Shown: positions 8,435 to 16,745, numbered from the stretch's first letter. The stretch: DNA of 64,000 nucleotides from an uncultured Gammaproteobacteria bacterium (GCA_964560005.1 CAZLKB010000001.1:13079-77078), one strand, 5' to 3'. Made by a program: numbers and translations. Notes: a model not told the origin generated them from the letters alone.

Positions 8435-8545
8435 ATTTTCAATTTCTAATTTTCAAACAATGCAATAATTCTTCAATTCTTAAATTAATTGAAAATTAAA
8501 TCATTAAAAATTGTTTGAAAATTGAGACTTGAAAATTGAAAATTA
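8434..8545. repeat. heptamer-built inverted repeat ('GAAAATT' subfamily)
   Basis: AAATTTTCAATTTCTAATTTTCAAACAATG opposes ATTGTTTGAAAATTGAGACTTGAAAATTGAAAATT. Confidence 0.85.
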
Positions 8546-8547
8546 TC

Positions 8548-9744
8548 TCACTTTACTAAAAATAAACCGCTAATCTTCTTTATATACTTCTCCCGATACT
8601 CCTCTCTCCTGTCATTGGCATGAAATTTTAAAACCTGATCGCTGATTACCACGCGAGTATCGCGGTTCATCAGCTCGGTTAAAATTTTCGGCAGCAACCT
8701 CAGCTGTAAAGCTTTAAACCAGGGTTCCAGGCCGCCGAAAAACATATCTGCCAACTCGTAATAAAATTTCCCCGGAGCTCTGCCGGCGTCGCGCCGCCTT
8801 GACCAATGTCCGGCCTGTTCGCCCGCCGGCTTGTCCGCCAAATCCGTCAGCTGACGGAGTAAAGCGGACCGATTAGGCAGGCAACCGTTCAGCCAGCTGT
8901 TGACTCCGATAAATTTTTCGTAAACCCCCTCCTGCTGATAAAATGGCGTTAACCCGGCCAGCCAATAAATAAAATATATATCTTCCTTATTAACCCCCTT
9001 TTCGGCCCAAGGCCGATCCTTGCCTACCGGACAAGCAGGCGCCTCGGGTGGAAACGTGGGGTTGGGGAGATTTTCCTCTTTTGCCCCCTTGATAAAGGCT
9101 CGTCTCGCCGTAGCGTAGCCGGGGCGGAGGGATGAAGGGGGATTATTTTTTGTTTGTAGCATCAAGGCGCCTAAATCCAGAGCCTCTTCACTGATAAAAA
9201 AACTCAAACAAATTTTATCTTTAAATTTGCCTAAACCCGGCCTTAAGCCAAGCATCTTAACTAGCGCGACACAGCAGAATCGCGTCAGCCAGATTCTCTT
9301 AGCTTGAGTAATTATAAATAAATCAATATCTCCCTCTTCTTTTAAATTATGGCTGCCCATTAAATTTCCCAGCGCGATCATTTTTATCCAAGGAATCAAT
9401 TTAAAAAGTCTAGCGACTTTAAGGGCGCGTTTAAATTTTCTGTCGGTTACATTATAACGAGCCAGCCGCACCTTAAGGATAGCTTCGCGCCCGGCCAAAA
9501 AATAAAAACCGTTTTTTTGTTCAACGATATTCTTTCCCCCTTGATAAAGCGGGACAAAGGGGGATTTTCCAATGAGAGCATCTAGTTCTTTGACCACTTC
9601 AAAAAAACCGCACTTTAAACCCAGTCCCTGCCAGATCTCAAAAGCAGTCAAGGGAAAGTCAAACATATCAAAATAGGCAACCGTTTTCACGATTGCCTCC
9701 CTAATATTTAAAAATTGTTCGGAATTAATATCTTTAAAGCGCAT
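8548..9744 (-). CDS. nucleotidyltransferase-fold (Pol-beta superfamily) domain protein, hypothetical
   Basis: [21 protein letters not shown] fits the G-S...D-x-D nucleotidyltransferase motif. The track start at 9798 lies in repeat sequence ([18 protein letters not shown]), so I prefer ATG at 9744 (MRFKDIN). The gene contains GC-rich palindromic in-frame insertions. Confidence 0.5.
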   Translation of the reverse strand: MRFKDINSEQFLNIREAIVKTVAYFDMFDFPLTAFEIWQGLGLKCGFFEVVKELDALIGKSPFVPLYQGGKNIVEQKNGFYFLAGREAILKVRLARYNVTDRKFKRALKVARLFKLIPWIKMIALGNLMGSHNLKEEGDIDLFIITQAKRIWLTRFCCVALVKMLGLRPGLGKFKDKICLSFFISEEALDLGALMLQTKNNPPSSLRPGYATARRAFIKGAKEENLPNPTFPPEAPACPVGKDRPWAEKGVNKEDIYFIYWLAGLTPFYQQEGVYEKFIGVNSWLNGCLPNRSALLRQLTDLADKPAGEQAGHWSRRRDAGRAPGKFYYELADMFFGGLEPWFKALQLRLLPKILTELMNRDTRVVISDQVLKFHANDRREEYREKYIKKISGLFLVK

Positions 9745-9750
9745 GTTTAT

Positions 9751-9960
9751 GATGTAAAATGTAAATCTCAAAATGTAAAATGACAATTTAAAATACAAAA
9801 TAAAAATTCTAAATTCTAATATCTAAATTCTAAATAAAAAGTAATGAATATTGGTTTTTTATTTGAAATTTAGATATTGGAATTTGTTTGGATTTTAGGA
9901 TTTATAATTTTAAATTTTTCATTGTCATTTTACATTTTGAGATTTACATTTTACATTTTA
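9751..9960. repeat. nested inverted repeat: 'TGTAAAA' arms enclosing 'CTAAATT' arms
   Basis: Outer arms GATGTAAAATGTAAATCTCAAAATGTAAAATGACAAT / ATTGTCATTTTACATTTTGAGATTTACATTTTACAT. Inner arms AATTCTAAATTCTAATATCTAAATTCTAAAT / ATTTGAAATTTAGATATTGGAATTT. Confidence 0.9.
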
Positions 9961-10030
9961 TTTTTCCTAGAGCTAACCTCTAAGTTTAATTCAAACTCGC
10001 AATGGCAAAAAATTGGCAAACTAAAAAAGT

Positions 10031-11128
10031 TTATTCCACATTCGGGCGATCAATTAAAATCGGCTCAATTTTTTTCTCACTAGCCGTTATTTTCATCACA
10101 TCCTTATCAATCTTGCCGAACTCTTTATAAGCGTTATTATAATGATTCACCGCGGTCGACATGCTGGCGCCTAGTTTTTTCATAAAATCGTCATAACTTA
10201 AAATATGCCGGCCCAATTTTTGCACATTCAGTAAAATATCTTTAGCGCTTTCTTCTATCTGCAAAGCTCTTAAACCTTGTAAGACCGTCTGCAGATAAGC
10301 TAAAAAGGAAGTCGGCGAAACGATAATAACATGCTTTTCCTTAAAGGCATATTCAATCAGATCGCGCGTGTTGACCTGAACCGCTCCGACCTTGTTGATC
10401 AATAGGTCGTAATAAATCGCTTCGGAAGGAATAAACATAAAAGCGAAGTCCATGGTTTTTTCCGACGGTTTGATATATTTTGAAGTTTCATCAATGCGGG
10501 TCTTTAAATCTATTTTAAAAAGCTTTTCCAGCTTTTCCTTCGCTCCTCGGTCGCTTTCATTCAGAATCTTCTCATAATTCTCCAGGCTGAATTTAGAATC
10601 CACCGGAATAATTTTATCTTTAACGAAAACTACGGCGTCAACTATGGTGCCGTCCTTAAAGCCATACTGCATCTTATAGGAATTGGGAGGCAAAACATTT
10701 TTTAAAGTCTCTTCCAGAAAATATTCGCCTAAGACCCCGCGCTGTTTCGGATTTTTTAAAATATCCTGCAAATTCTGCAATTGGGCGGAAAAATTCACCA
10801 CCTGGCGGTTGGTTTCGTCCAGCTTGGTTAATTTCTCGGTCACTTCGGTAATTAGCCTGGCTGATTGCCCGGTAATACCCTGGATGATCTTTGAAGTTTG
10901 GCTGTATTGTTCTTGATTGGCGCGGTGAGTCTCGGCCAGCTTGCCGTCAATCGCCCGCCTAAGCTCGCAATTTTGGTCGCCTAACGCGGTCAGCCTTTCC
11001 ATCATAGCGGCCAATTTTTCGCCGTCAGGCGATGGCTCAGCCGGCCTTTTTTTAACTAACAAAAATATCACGATTATTACGCTAACAATCAGTAAAATTA
11101 ATAAAAATACAATAAATTGATTTAACAT
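10031..11128 (-). CDS. rmuC: DNA recombination protein RmuC
   Basis: N-terminal TM helix, a coiled coil, then KQRGVLGEYFLEETLKNVLP...IVDAVVFVKDKIIPVDSKFSLENY...FMFIPSEAIY, which matches the RmuC nuclease core. Confidence 0.85.
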   Translation of the reverse strand: MLNQFIVFLLILLIVSVIIVIFLLVKKRPAEPSPDGEKLAAMMERLTALGDQNCELRRAIDGKLAETHRANQEQYSQTSKIIQGITGQSARLITEVTEKLTKLDETNRQVVNFSAQLQNLQDILKNPKQRGVLGEYFLEETLKNVLPPNSYKMQYGFKDGTIVDAVVFVKDKIIPVDSKFSLENYEKILNESDRGAKEKLEKLFKIDLKTRIDETSKYIKPSEKTMDFAFMFIPSEAIYYDLLINKVGAVQVNTRDLIEYAFKEKHVIIVSPTSFLAYLQTVLQGLRALQIEESAKDILLNVQKLGRHILSYDDFMKKLGASMSTAVNHYNNAYKEFGKIDKDVMKITASEKKIEPILIDRPNVE

Positions 11129-11245
11129 AAATTGAGCTGATTTTTATATGATTACAAAGATGTTTTTAATAATTTTAGTTTAACAATTAAAATTGATTAG
11201 CGCAACTGCCATGCCACCCCCTTTATTAAAGGGGCCAAACTAATC

Positions 11246-11274
11246 TTGACTCCTAACTAAAAATATACTAAAAT
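11246..11274 (+). promoter_or_regulatory. sigma70-like promoter of pilin cassette 1
   Basis: TTGACT (11246-11251), an exactly 17-nt spacer, then TAAAAT (11269-11274). An almost identical copy lies at 12318..12346. Confidence 0.65.
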
Positions 11275-11280
11275 TTTGCC

Positions 11281-11389
11281 AGCATCAATTAAGACGCCTG
11301 ATTTGGCCGGTGGCCGAATCGGGTTGCTAAAAGCAAGGGTAAAAACCTACTCGGTCTTGATTGATTTAGGAGAGAAAGTTTAAAAATTA
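11281..11389 (+). promoter_or_regulatory. conserved structured 5' leader of pilin cassette 1 (candidate cis-regulatory RNA)
   Basis: CAATTAAGAC (leader 5' end) can pair with GTCTTGATTG just before the SD AGGAGAG. This long-range pairing encloses two hairpins: CCTGATT..GGCC-GGT-GGCC..AATCGGG and TTGC-TAAAA-GCAA. A near-identical leader lies at 12353..12457. Confidence 0.5.
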
Positions 11390-12028
11390 ATGAAAACAAA
11401 AACGGCAGAAAATCCCGGATTCACCTTGGTGGAAATCATGATAGTCGTCGCGATCCTCGGCCTGCTCGCCGCCATCGTCGCCCCCAACTTCGTCCGGGCG
11501 CGCTTAGTCAGCCAAAAAAACGGCTGCATCTTTAATCTTAAAAAGATCGAGATCGCCAAAGCCTCCTTCGTCCTGGACAGGCGAATGGCCGTGGGCATGG
11601 CGGTGTCTATGGATGACCTCTACAGCACGAATCGGCCGGTTTGCCCGGGCGGCGGCAAGTATTCGCCCGGCCAAGTCGGCGTTAATCCCTCCTGCACTTA
11701 CACGGGGCATGCTCTGGAAGGATCCGAATCTCCGCAAAATCAAGAGGCGCAAGAGATTCGGATTGGAAATGGCAGCTACATCAAGATCGGAAGGATAGCG
11801 ACCGAAAACGGCACCATGAAATTCACCCTTAAGACAATCGAGCGGTTTGAAACCGCCCATCCTGATTTAAAGATCACCGGCCGGCAGGTGGTATTCTCTG
11901 CCTCAAATGTGGTTATGGGAATTTTACTTTGGCATGAGCCGAGAACCCGCGCCATCGCGCTGGAAAAACCGACCCGGCAACGACCCGCGCCTCTCGGAAC
12001 CCGCACCCTCTCGGCGCAAGCCCGCTGA
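11390..12028 (+). CDS. type IV pilin-like protein (prepilin N-terminal cleavage/methylation domain) with a ~100-aa C-terminal extension
   Basis: NPGFTLVEIMIVVAILGLLAAIV is the classic G/FTL-x-E prepilin motif. It is followed by C-x-x-NLKKIE and a C-terminal Cys pair (CPGGGKYSPGQVGVNPSC). GC-richer than the surrounding genes. Confidence 0.8.
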   Translation: MKTKTAENPGFTLVEIMIVVAILGLLAAIVAPNFVRARLVSQKNGCIFNLKKIEIAKASFVLDRRMAVGMAVSMDDLYSTNRPVCPGGGKYSPGQVGVNPSCTYTGHALEGSESPQNQEAQEIRIGNGSYIKIGRIATENGTMKFTLKTIERFETAHPDLKITGRQVVFSASNVVMGILLWHEPRTRAIALEKPTRQRPAPLGTRTLSAQAR

Positions 12029-12050
12029 AAGGTAATCAAAAATTCACTAA

Positions 12051-12086
12051 AGAGCCAGAGAAACTCCCTCCGGCTCTCTTTTTTTA
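12051..12086 (+). terminator. rho-independent terminator of pilin cassette 1
   Basis: The AGAGCC..GGCTCT stem is followed by CTTTTTTTA. A near-identical copy lies at 12843..12877. Confidence 0.7.
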
Positions 12087-12137
12087 TCTTGCAAAGGGGA
12101 AAGCAACCTTTAAAGATTAATTGCCCCCTTTAAGACC

Positions 12138-12300
12138 ACCATGGGGGCTTGGGGGTCCGAGCTGAGCGCCAAGGCGCGTGCGCAAGAATGTCAAAGAAGC
12201 AATAGCGAATTGAGGACCCCCAAAACTTCTTTGGATACTTTCTTAGTTATAAGAAAGTATCCCCTAGCGGAGCGTCGTGAACGAATTAACTGATAAATGG
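12138..12300. repeat. ~165-nt structured repeat, copy a (copies b and c at 29244 and 63617)
   Basis: Sequence ACCAtGGGGcTTGGGGGTCCGAGCTGAGCG...CTAGCGAATTGAGGACCCCC, then a perfect hairpin GGATACTTTCTTAGTTATAAGAAAGTATCC, then CCTAGCGGAGCGTCGTGAACG. Confidence 0.85.
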
Positions 12301-12317
12301 CGGGGTTTTAATGCGCC

Positions 12318-12346
12318 TTGACTCATAACTAATAATGTACTAAAAT
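12318..12346 (+). promoter_or_regulatory. sigma70-like promoter of pilin cassette 2
   Basis: TTGACT (12318-12323), a 17-nt spacer, then TAAAAT (12341-12346). Confidence 0.65.
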
Positions 12347-12352
12347 TTTGCC

Positions 12353-12457
12353 AGAATCAATCAAGGCGCCTGATTTGGCCGGTAGCCGAATCGGGTTGCA
12401 AAAAGCAAGGGTTAAAAACCTAACTCTATCCTGATTGATAAAGGAGAAAAAATCTTT
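12353..12457 (+). promoter_or_regulatory. conserved structured 5' leader of pilin cassette 2
   Basis: My hand alignment of promoter plus leader against copy 1 shows 8 substitutions and one 1-nt indel over about 108 nt. The first 90 coding nt differ at 29 positions. Confidence 0.5.
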
Positions 12458-12823
12458 GTGAAAATAAAAACATCCCGAAGGTACGGCTTCACCCTGGTGG
12501 AGGTAATATTAGTCGCCTTTGTCTTCTGCTTGCTCGCCACCATCCTCTCCGCTCCCTGTTTCTTTAGGGCGCGCGAAACGAGGCAAAAAAACACCTGCAT
12601 CGCCAATCTGCAACAACTGGAAAAGGCAAAAATTGCCTGGGCTGCCGACAACGGGATTACTAATGGTACGCCCATAGACGACCGCTTTTACACCGGTCCG
12701 ATATTTATTCCGAATATTCCCTGCTGTCCGGCTGGCGGCGTATATAGTATTAACCCAATCGGCGTTCCGCCGACCTGCTCCTTAACTAATCTGAGGCATG
12801 TTCTCCCGTTAAAACCGCGATGA
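12458..12823 (+). CDS. type IV pilin-like protein (prepilin N-terminal domain), short paralog
   Basis: GTG start. Motifs YGFTLVEVILVAFVFCLLATIL, C-x-x-NLQQLEKAK and CPAGGVYSINPIGVPPTC parallel the upstream paralog. Confidence 0.75.
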   Translation: MKIKTSRRYGFTLVEVILVAFVFCLLATILSAPCFFRARETRQKNTCIANLQQLEKAKIAWAADNGITNGTPIDDRFYTGPIFIPNIPCCPAGGVYSINPIGVPPTCSLTNLRHVLPLKPR

Positions 12824-12842
12824 ACGGCCAAAAATCCGCCAA

Positions 12843-12877
12843 AGAGCCCGAGACACTCCCTCCGGCTCTCTTTTTTT
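12843..12877 (+). terminator. rho-independent terminator of pilin cassette 2
   Basis: AGAGCCCGAGACACTCCCTCCGGCTCTCTTTTTTT, the same stem and T-run as at 12051. Confidence 0.7.
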
Positions 12878-12936
12878 ATCGCTCGCCTTGCCAAGAACGA
12901 TTTTTTAATCTATAATGAATTGCATTGTTTTAACTT

Positions 12937-13057
12937 CCCACAAATCTACAAATCAGCTACGAATACTACAAACACTATTCGCAGCATTCGCAACTTTATT
13001 TCGGCATTCTCATTATATTTATTCGTATTATTTGTAGCGGATTTGTTGATTCGTGGG
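12937..13057. repeat. AT-rich inverted repeat, 'ACTACAAA' subfamily, upstream of uvrA
   Basis: The left arm CCCACAAATCTACAAATCAGCTACGAATACTACAAA opposes the right arm TTTGTAGCGGATTTGTTGATTCGTGGG. Related copies lie at 24334..24415 and 59984..60120. Confidence 0.8.
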
Positions 13058-13082
13058 ATAACAAACTCTATTAGAAATTTTT

Positions 13083-16000
13083 ATGCCTAGTACAATAAAA
13101 ATCAAGGGGGCGCGCGTCCATAACTTAAAAAATATTGACGTGGAAATTCCGCGCGATAAGCTGGTTGTCCTGACCGGACTGTCCGGTTCAGGCAAATCCA
13201 GCCTGGCTTTTGACACGATTTACGCCGAGGGTCAGCGCCGCTATGTTGAATCCCTGTCCGCTTACGCCCGGCAGTTCATCGGCCTGATGGATAAGCCTGA
13301 TGTTGATTCAATTGAAGGGCTGTCGCCGGCTATTTCCATTGATCAAAAATCCACCAGCCATAATCCGCGTTCAACCGTAGGCACCATTACGGAAATTTAT
13401 GATTATTTGCGCTTGCTTTACGCCCGCATCGGCGTGCCGCATTGCCCCTTATGCAACGAATTAATTAAGCCCATGTCTCTTGATGAAATCGTCCGCCAAA
13501 TTACGGCTAATTTCTTAAATCAAGATATTATTATCTTGGCTCCGATTATTAAGGATAAAAAGGGAGAACATAAGAGCATTTTAGAAGGCGTCGGCAAAGC
13601 CGGTTACTCCCGCTTGCGCTTTGACAAAGTGATCTACACTCTGGAAGAAGTGGAAGATTTAAATGTGGATAAGCAGAAAAAACATAATGTGGAAATTGTG
13701 ATTGACCGGCTAAAAATCGCCAAAGACAAGGAAGACTTGGCGCGGCTTAGTGAAAATGTGGAAAAAGCCTTGGAGTTGGGCAATGGACTGGTAACCATTT
13801 CGCCACAAAATGCTTTAATTAAAACTGATAAAAAATTAACTGAAACAGATAATAAAAAAACGCCCAATTCCCAAATTCCCTCCGTCCGGGAACAAGCAAC
13901 TCCAAATTTCCAAACAAATCCTAAGTCCGAATTACTAAATTCAAAAAAAATTCAAAATTCAAAATTCAAAATTCTAAATTCAGATGTCACCTATTCAAAA
14001 CTCTTAGCCTGCCCGAAATGCGGCTTGAGTCTGCCTGATTTGGAACCAAGAAATTTTTCTTTTAACTCGCCTCATGGCGCTTGCCCTGACTGCACCGGAC
14101 TGGGCACCAAGCTGGAGATTGATTCAAAATTAATTATTAATCCTAACCTAACCATCGCCCAGGGAGCGATTCGCCCTTGGGCCCACAGCACGGCCACCGG
14201 ACAGGGCTGGCTGATGCGGATTCTCGGCACCGTGGCCATGGATCACGGTTTTGACTTAAATACGCCGGTAAAAAACTTAACTGAAAAACAATTAAACATC
14301 GTGCTCTACGGCTCGGGCGCGAAAAACTATAATGTCAATTATCAAAGCGAGCGTTTTTCCGGAGAATTAACCACCGAGTTCGAAGGCGTCATTCCCAATC
14401 TGGAGCGCCGCTTTCAGCAAACCGAATCGGATTATATTAGACGTGAAATTGAGCAATATATGCGCGTCTTAATCTGCCCGACCTGCCTGGGCAAGCGCTT
14501 AAAGCCGGAAACCCTGGCCGTCACCGTCGCCGGCCAATCAATTTATGACATCACTTCAAAAACCATAGATAAAATAAAAAAAATCTTTTCCGATTTGGCC
14601 AATTCCTCGGTTTTAACCGGCCGCGAGAAAAAAATCGGGTCGCGGATAATGAAAGAAATCTGCGCCCGGCTGGATTTTCTCTCCGATGTCGGTCTGGACT
14701 ACTTAACTTTGGAAAGATCGGCCAACACCCTGTCCGGCGGCGAAGCCCAGCGCATAAGATTGGCGACGCAAATCGGTTCGGCTCTGATGGGTGTAATTTA
14801 TATTTTAGACGAGCCGTCCATCGGCCTGCACCAGCGGGATAATAACAAGCTGATCAACACGCTTAAAAAATTAAGAGATCTGGGCAATACCGTGATTGTG
14901 GTTGAGCACGACGAAGCCACCATGCTGGCCGCGGACTGGCTCCTTGACATCGGCCCGGGAGCCGGCGAACATGGCGGCCAGATCGTGGCCCAGGGCACGC
15001 CTCAAGAGGTTAAAAAAAATCCAAAATCTTTAACCGGCCAATACCTAAGCGGTAAAAAATCAATCCCGGCGCCGCTTCAATATCGGTCCTCTACCGGCCG
15101 CAGCCTTAAAATTATCGGCGCTGAAGAACATAATTTAAAAAACATTGACATTGAATTTCCCTTAGGGAAATTTATCGCCATCACCGGCGTTTCCGGCTCG
15201 GGCAAGTCCACCTTAATGACCGATATTCTGGCCAGAGCCTTAAATCAGAAGCTTTACCGCGCCAAAGAGGCGCCAGGCAAGCATAAAACTATCTTGGGAT
15301 TGGAATATATTGATAAAGTCATTGATATTGACCAGTCGCCTATCGGCCGCACGCCGCGCTCCAACCCCGCCACCTATACCGGCTCCTTCACGCCGATCCG
15401 CGATTTGTTCGCCGCGCTTCCCGAAGCTAAAATCCGCGGCTATAAAGCCGGACGGTTTTCTTTTAATGTGGTGGGCGGCCGCTGCGAAGCCTGCGGCGGC
15501 GACGGCGTAGTTAAAATTGAAATGCAATTCCTGCCGGACATCTATGTTGAATGCGATGTCTGCCACGGCAAGCGCTATAACCAGGAAGTTTTGGAAATCC
15601 ATTACGGCGCGCGCCACGGCGTCGGATCGGGAAAAAATATTTCCGAGGTTCTAAATATGACCGTGGAAGAAGCCATGCATTTGTTTAAAAACATCCCGGC
15701 GATTCACCAAAAGCTTTCCGCGCTGAACGAAGTCGGCTTAAGCTATATAAAACTCGGGCAATCGGCTACCACTCTGTCCGGCGGCGAGGCCCAAAGAGTA
15801 AAATTGGCCACCGAGTTATCCCGCCGCGCTACTGGCAAAACCTTATACATTTTGGATGAACCCACCACCGGCCTGCATTTTGACGATATAAAAAAACTCC
15901 TTCATGTTTTGAACCAATTGGTAGATAAAGGCAACACGGTTCTAATCGTTGAGCACAACCTGGATGTCATTAAATCCGTGGATTGGGTGATTGATCTCGG

Positions 16001-16115
16001 GCCCGAGGGCGGCGACAAAGGCGGCTACATCGTGGCCGCCGGCACGCCTAAAGATATCGCTAAAAGCAAGAAGTCATATACCGGGCAATATTTAAGCAAG
16101 ATACTGAAAAAATAA
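13083..16115 (+). CDS. uvrA: excinuclease ABC subunit A
   Basis: Two ABC modules ([25 protein letters not shown]; [24 protein letters not shown]) and zinc-finger Cys clusters. An in-frame repeat-encoded insertion lies at about 13864..13982. Confidence 0.97.
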   Translation: MPSTIKIKGARVHNLKNIDVEIPRDKLVVLTGLSGSGKSSLAFDTIYAEGQRRYVESLSAYARQFIGLMDKPDVDSIEGLSPAISIDQKSTSHNPRSTVGTITEIYDYLRLLYARIGVPHCPLCNELIKPMSLDEIVRQITANFLNQDIIILAPIIKDKKGEHKSILEGVGKAGYSRLRFDKVIYTLEEVEDLNVDKQKKHNVEIVIDRLKIAKDKEDLARLSENVEKALELGNGLVTISPQNALIKTDKKLTETDNKKTPNSQIPSVREQATPNFQTNPKSELLNSKKIQNSKFKILNSDVTYSKLLACPKCGLSLPDLEPRNFSFNSPHGACPDCTGLGTKLEIDSKLIINPNLTIAQGAIRPWAHSTATGQGWLMRILGTVAMDHGFDLNTPVKNLTEKQLNIVLYGSGAKNYNVNYQSERFSGELTTEFEGVIPNLERRFQQTESDYIRREIEQYMRVLICPTCLGKRLKPETLAVTVAGQSIYDITSKTIDKIKKIFSDLANSSVLTGREKKIGSRIMKEICARLDFLSDVGLDYLTLERSANTLSGGEAQRIRLATQIGSALMGVIYILDEPSIGLHQRDNNKLINTLKKLRDLGNTVIVVEHDEATMLAADWLLDIGPGAGEHGGQIVAQGTPQEVKKNPKSLTGQYLSGKKSIPAPLQYRSSTGRSLKIIGAEEHNLKNIDIEFPLGKFIAITGVSGSGKSTLMTDILARALNQKLYRAKEAPGKHKTILGLEYIDKVIDIDQSPIGRTPRSNPATYTGSFTPIRDLFAALPEAKIRGYKAGRFSFNVVGGRCEACGGDGVVKIEMQFLPDIYVECDVCHGKRYNQEVLEIHYGARHGVGSGKNISEVLNMTVEEAMHLFKNIPAIHQKLSALNEVGLSYIKLGQSATTLSGGEAQRVKLATELSRRATGKTLYILDEPTTGLHFDDIKKLLHVLNQLVDKGNTVLIVEHNLDVIKSVDWVIDLGPEGGDKGGYIVAAGTPKDIAKSKKSYTGQYLSKILKK

Positions 16116-16133
16116 ATTTACTTCACATAAAAA

Positions 16134-16157
16134 CTCCTTCCATGCCAGGGAAGGAAT
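16134..16157. terminator. hairpin between convergent uvrA and the Cys-rich ORF (possible bidirectional terminator)
   Basis: TCCTTCC-ATGCCAG-GGAAGGA gives a 7-bp stem. The flanking U-tracts are weak. Confidence 0.4.
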
Positions 16158-16170
16158 TTCTCTAATTAAT

Positions 16171-16416
16171 TTATTTTTTCTGTTTATTATCAATTAGTGT
16201 ATTTTCGTTAGGATAACAACATAAAACATTGTCTAAATATTCCACGCCACAAAAATACTTACAAAGAGAAACATTCTTCACGGCGCATTTATGAGTATCG
16301 GCGTGTTCAGCCTCATTCCATGGACATCTCATCTGTTTCCATGATGTTTGGTCTTGGGAAATTAGGTCAATATCCATATTGGCTCCGTCCAGTCTTTTTA
16401 TCTTATTTTGATTCAT
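16171..16416 (-). CDS. small Cys/His-rich hypothetical protein
   Basis: The track ORF is 90 aa, and I prefer the start at M10 (MNQNKIK). It has 7 Cys and several His (RCPWNEAEHADTHKCAVKNVSLCKYFCG...LCCYP). I recognise no family. Confidence 0.4.
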   Translation of the reverse strand: MNQNKIKRLDGANMDIDLISQDQTSWKQMRCPWNEAEHADTHKCAVKNVSLCKYFCGVEYLDNVLCCYPNENTLIDNKQKK

Positions 16417-16440
16417 AATTAAAGAATAATTCAGAATCAC

Positions 16441-16745
16441 CAACGGAATTTGGGGTGACGAACTGCCCGTCTCGCGTCGGCGCGAGCCGAGACGGAAACG
16501 CCAGAGTTCGAGAATTTTACAATGCGAGCATAGAAAAATTTAGGATTAGATTCGGCCTAAAATTTACTTACAAACATTTTCCTTCGGTCGTTACTGATGA
16601 AAATTTTGTTGGAAATTTTAGGCCGAATCCTTAAATTTTTCTCTAGCGAGCGACTTTTTGGTTACTTTTTCTAGAAAAAGTAACCCTAGCGGAGCGAAAT
16701 AAACCTAGCGAAGCGTCACGGACGATTTTACTAACCAATGGGCTG
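16441..16745. repeat. composite structured repeat downstream of glyQS (includes the 133-nt long hairpin at 16521..16653)
   Basis: The composite begins with a TTGGGGTGACGAACTG...CAGAGTTCGAGAA module. It continues with a long hairpin nearly identical to 20791..20924 and then the hairpin GGTTACTTTTTCTAGAAAAAGTAACC. It ends with two CCTAGCG(G/A)AGCG motifs. Confidence 0.8.

Noticed and set aside
9877-10083. 68-aa plus-strand ORF ([30 protein letters not shown]...)
   Set aside because: It is encoded entirely by the arms of the nested inverted repeat and overlaps the rmuC 3' end, so it is a translation artefact of repeat DNA. The same applies to 24342..24560 and to the N-terminal extensions of the 8548..9798, 20970..21833 and 3832..5019 track ORFs.
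11281-11389. The pilin leader considered as a known c-di-GMP riboswitch (such riboswitches precede pilin genes in some Firmicutes)
   Set aside because: I could not find the conserved features I remember for class I (GNRA tetraloop and receptor pair with the GCAAA/ACGCAAAGC-type cores) or class II (ACGCAC pseudoknot core). It is kept only as an unclassified candidate leader.
11390-12028. The C-terminal ~100 aa of the 212-aa pilin-like ORF considered as a separate gene or frameshift fusion
   Set aside because: The frame is continuous with no internal start or RBS signal that I can see, and the shared terminator comes only after position 12028. It is kept as one ORF, but the extension's Arg/Pro/Ala-rich end is flagged as uncertain.
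12937-13057. The inverted repeat upstream of uvrA considered as a LexA/SOS box
   Set aside because: It matches none of the LexA consensus types I know (CTGT-N8-ACAG, GAAC-N4-GTTC, GTTC-N7-GTTC). It also shares the 7-nt phased long-arm architecture of the general repeat families. It is retained only as a low-confidence question.
15240-15617. Long antisense or overlapping ORFs inside well-supported genes (for example 1284..1523, 2749..3117, 11504..11860, 15240..15617, 33076..33399, 44251..44748, 45238..45666, 51945..52406 and 60247..60603)
   Set aside because: They are shadow ORFs opposite or out of frame to genes with strong family motifs. They have low-complexity or Arg/Ala-rich translations typical of antisense frames, and no independent signals.
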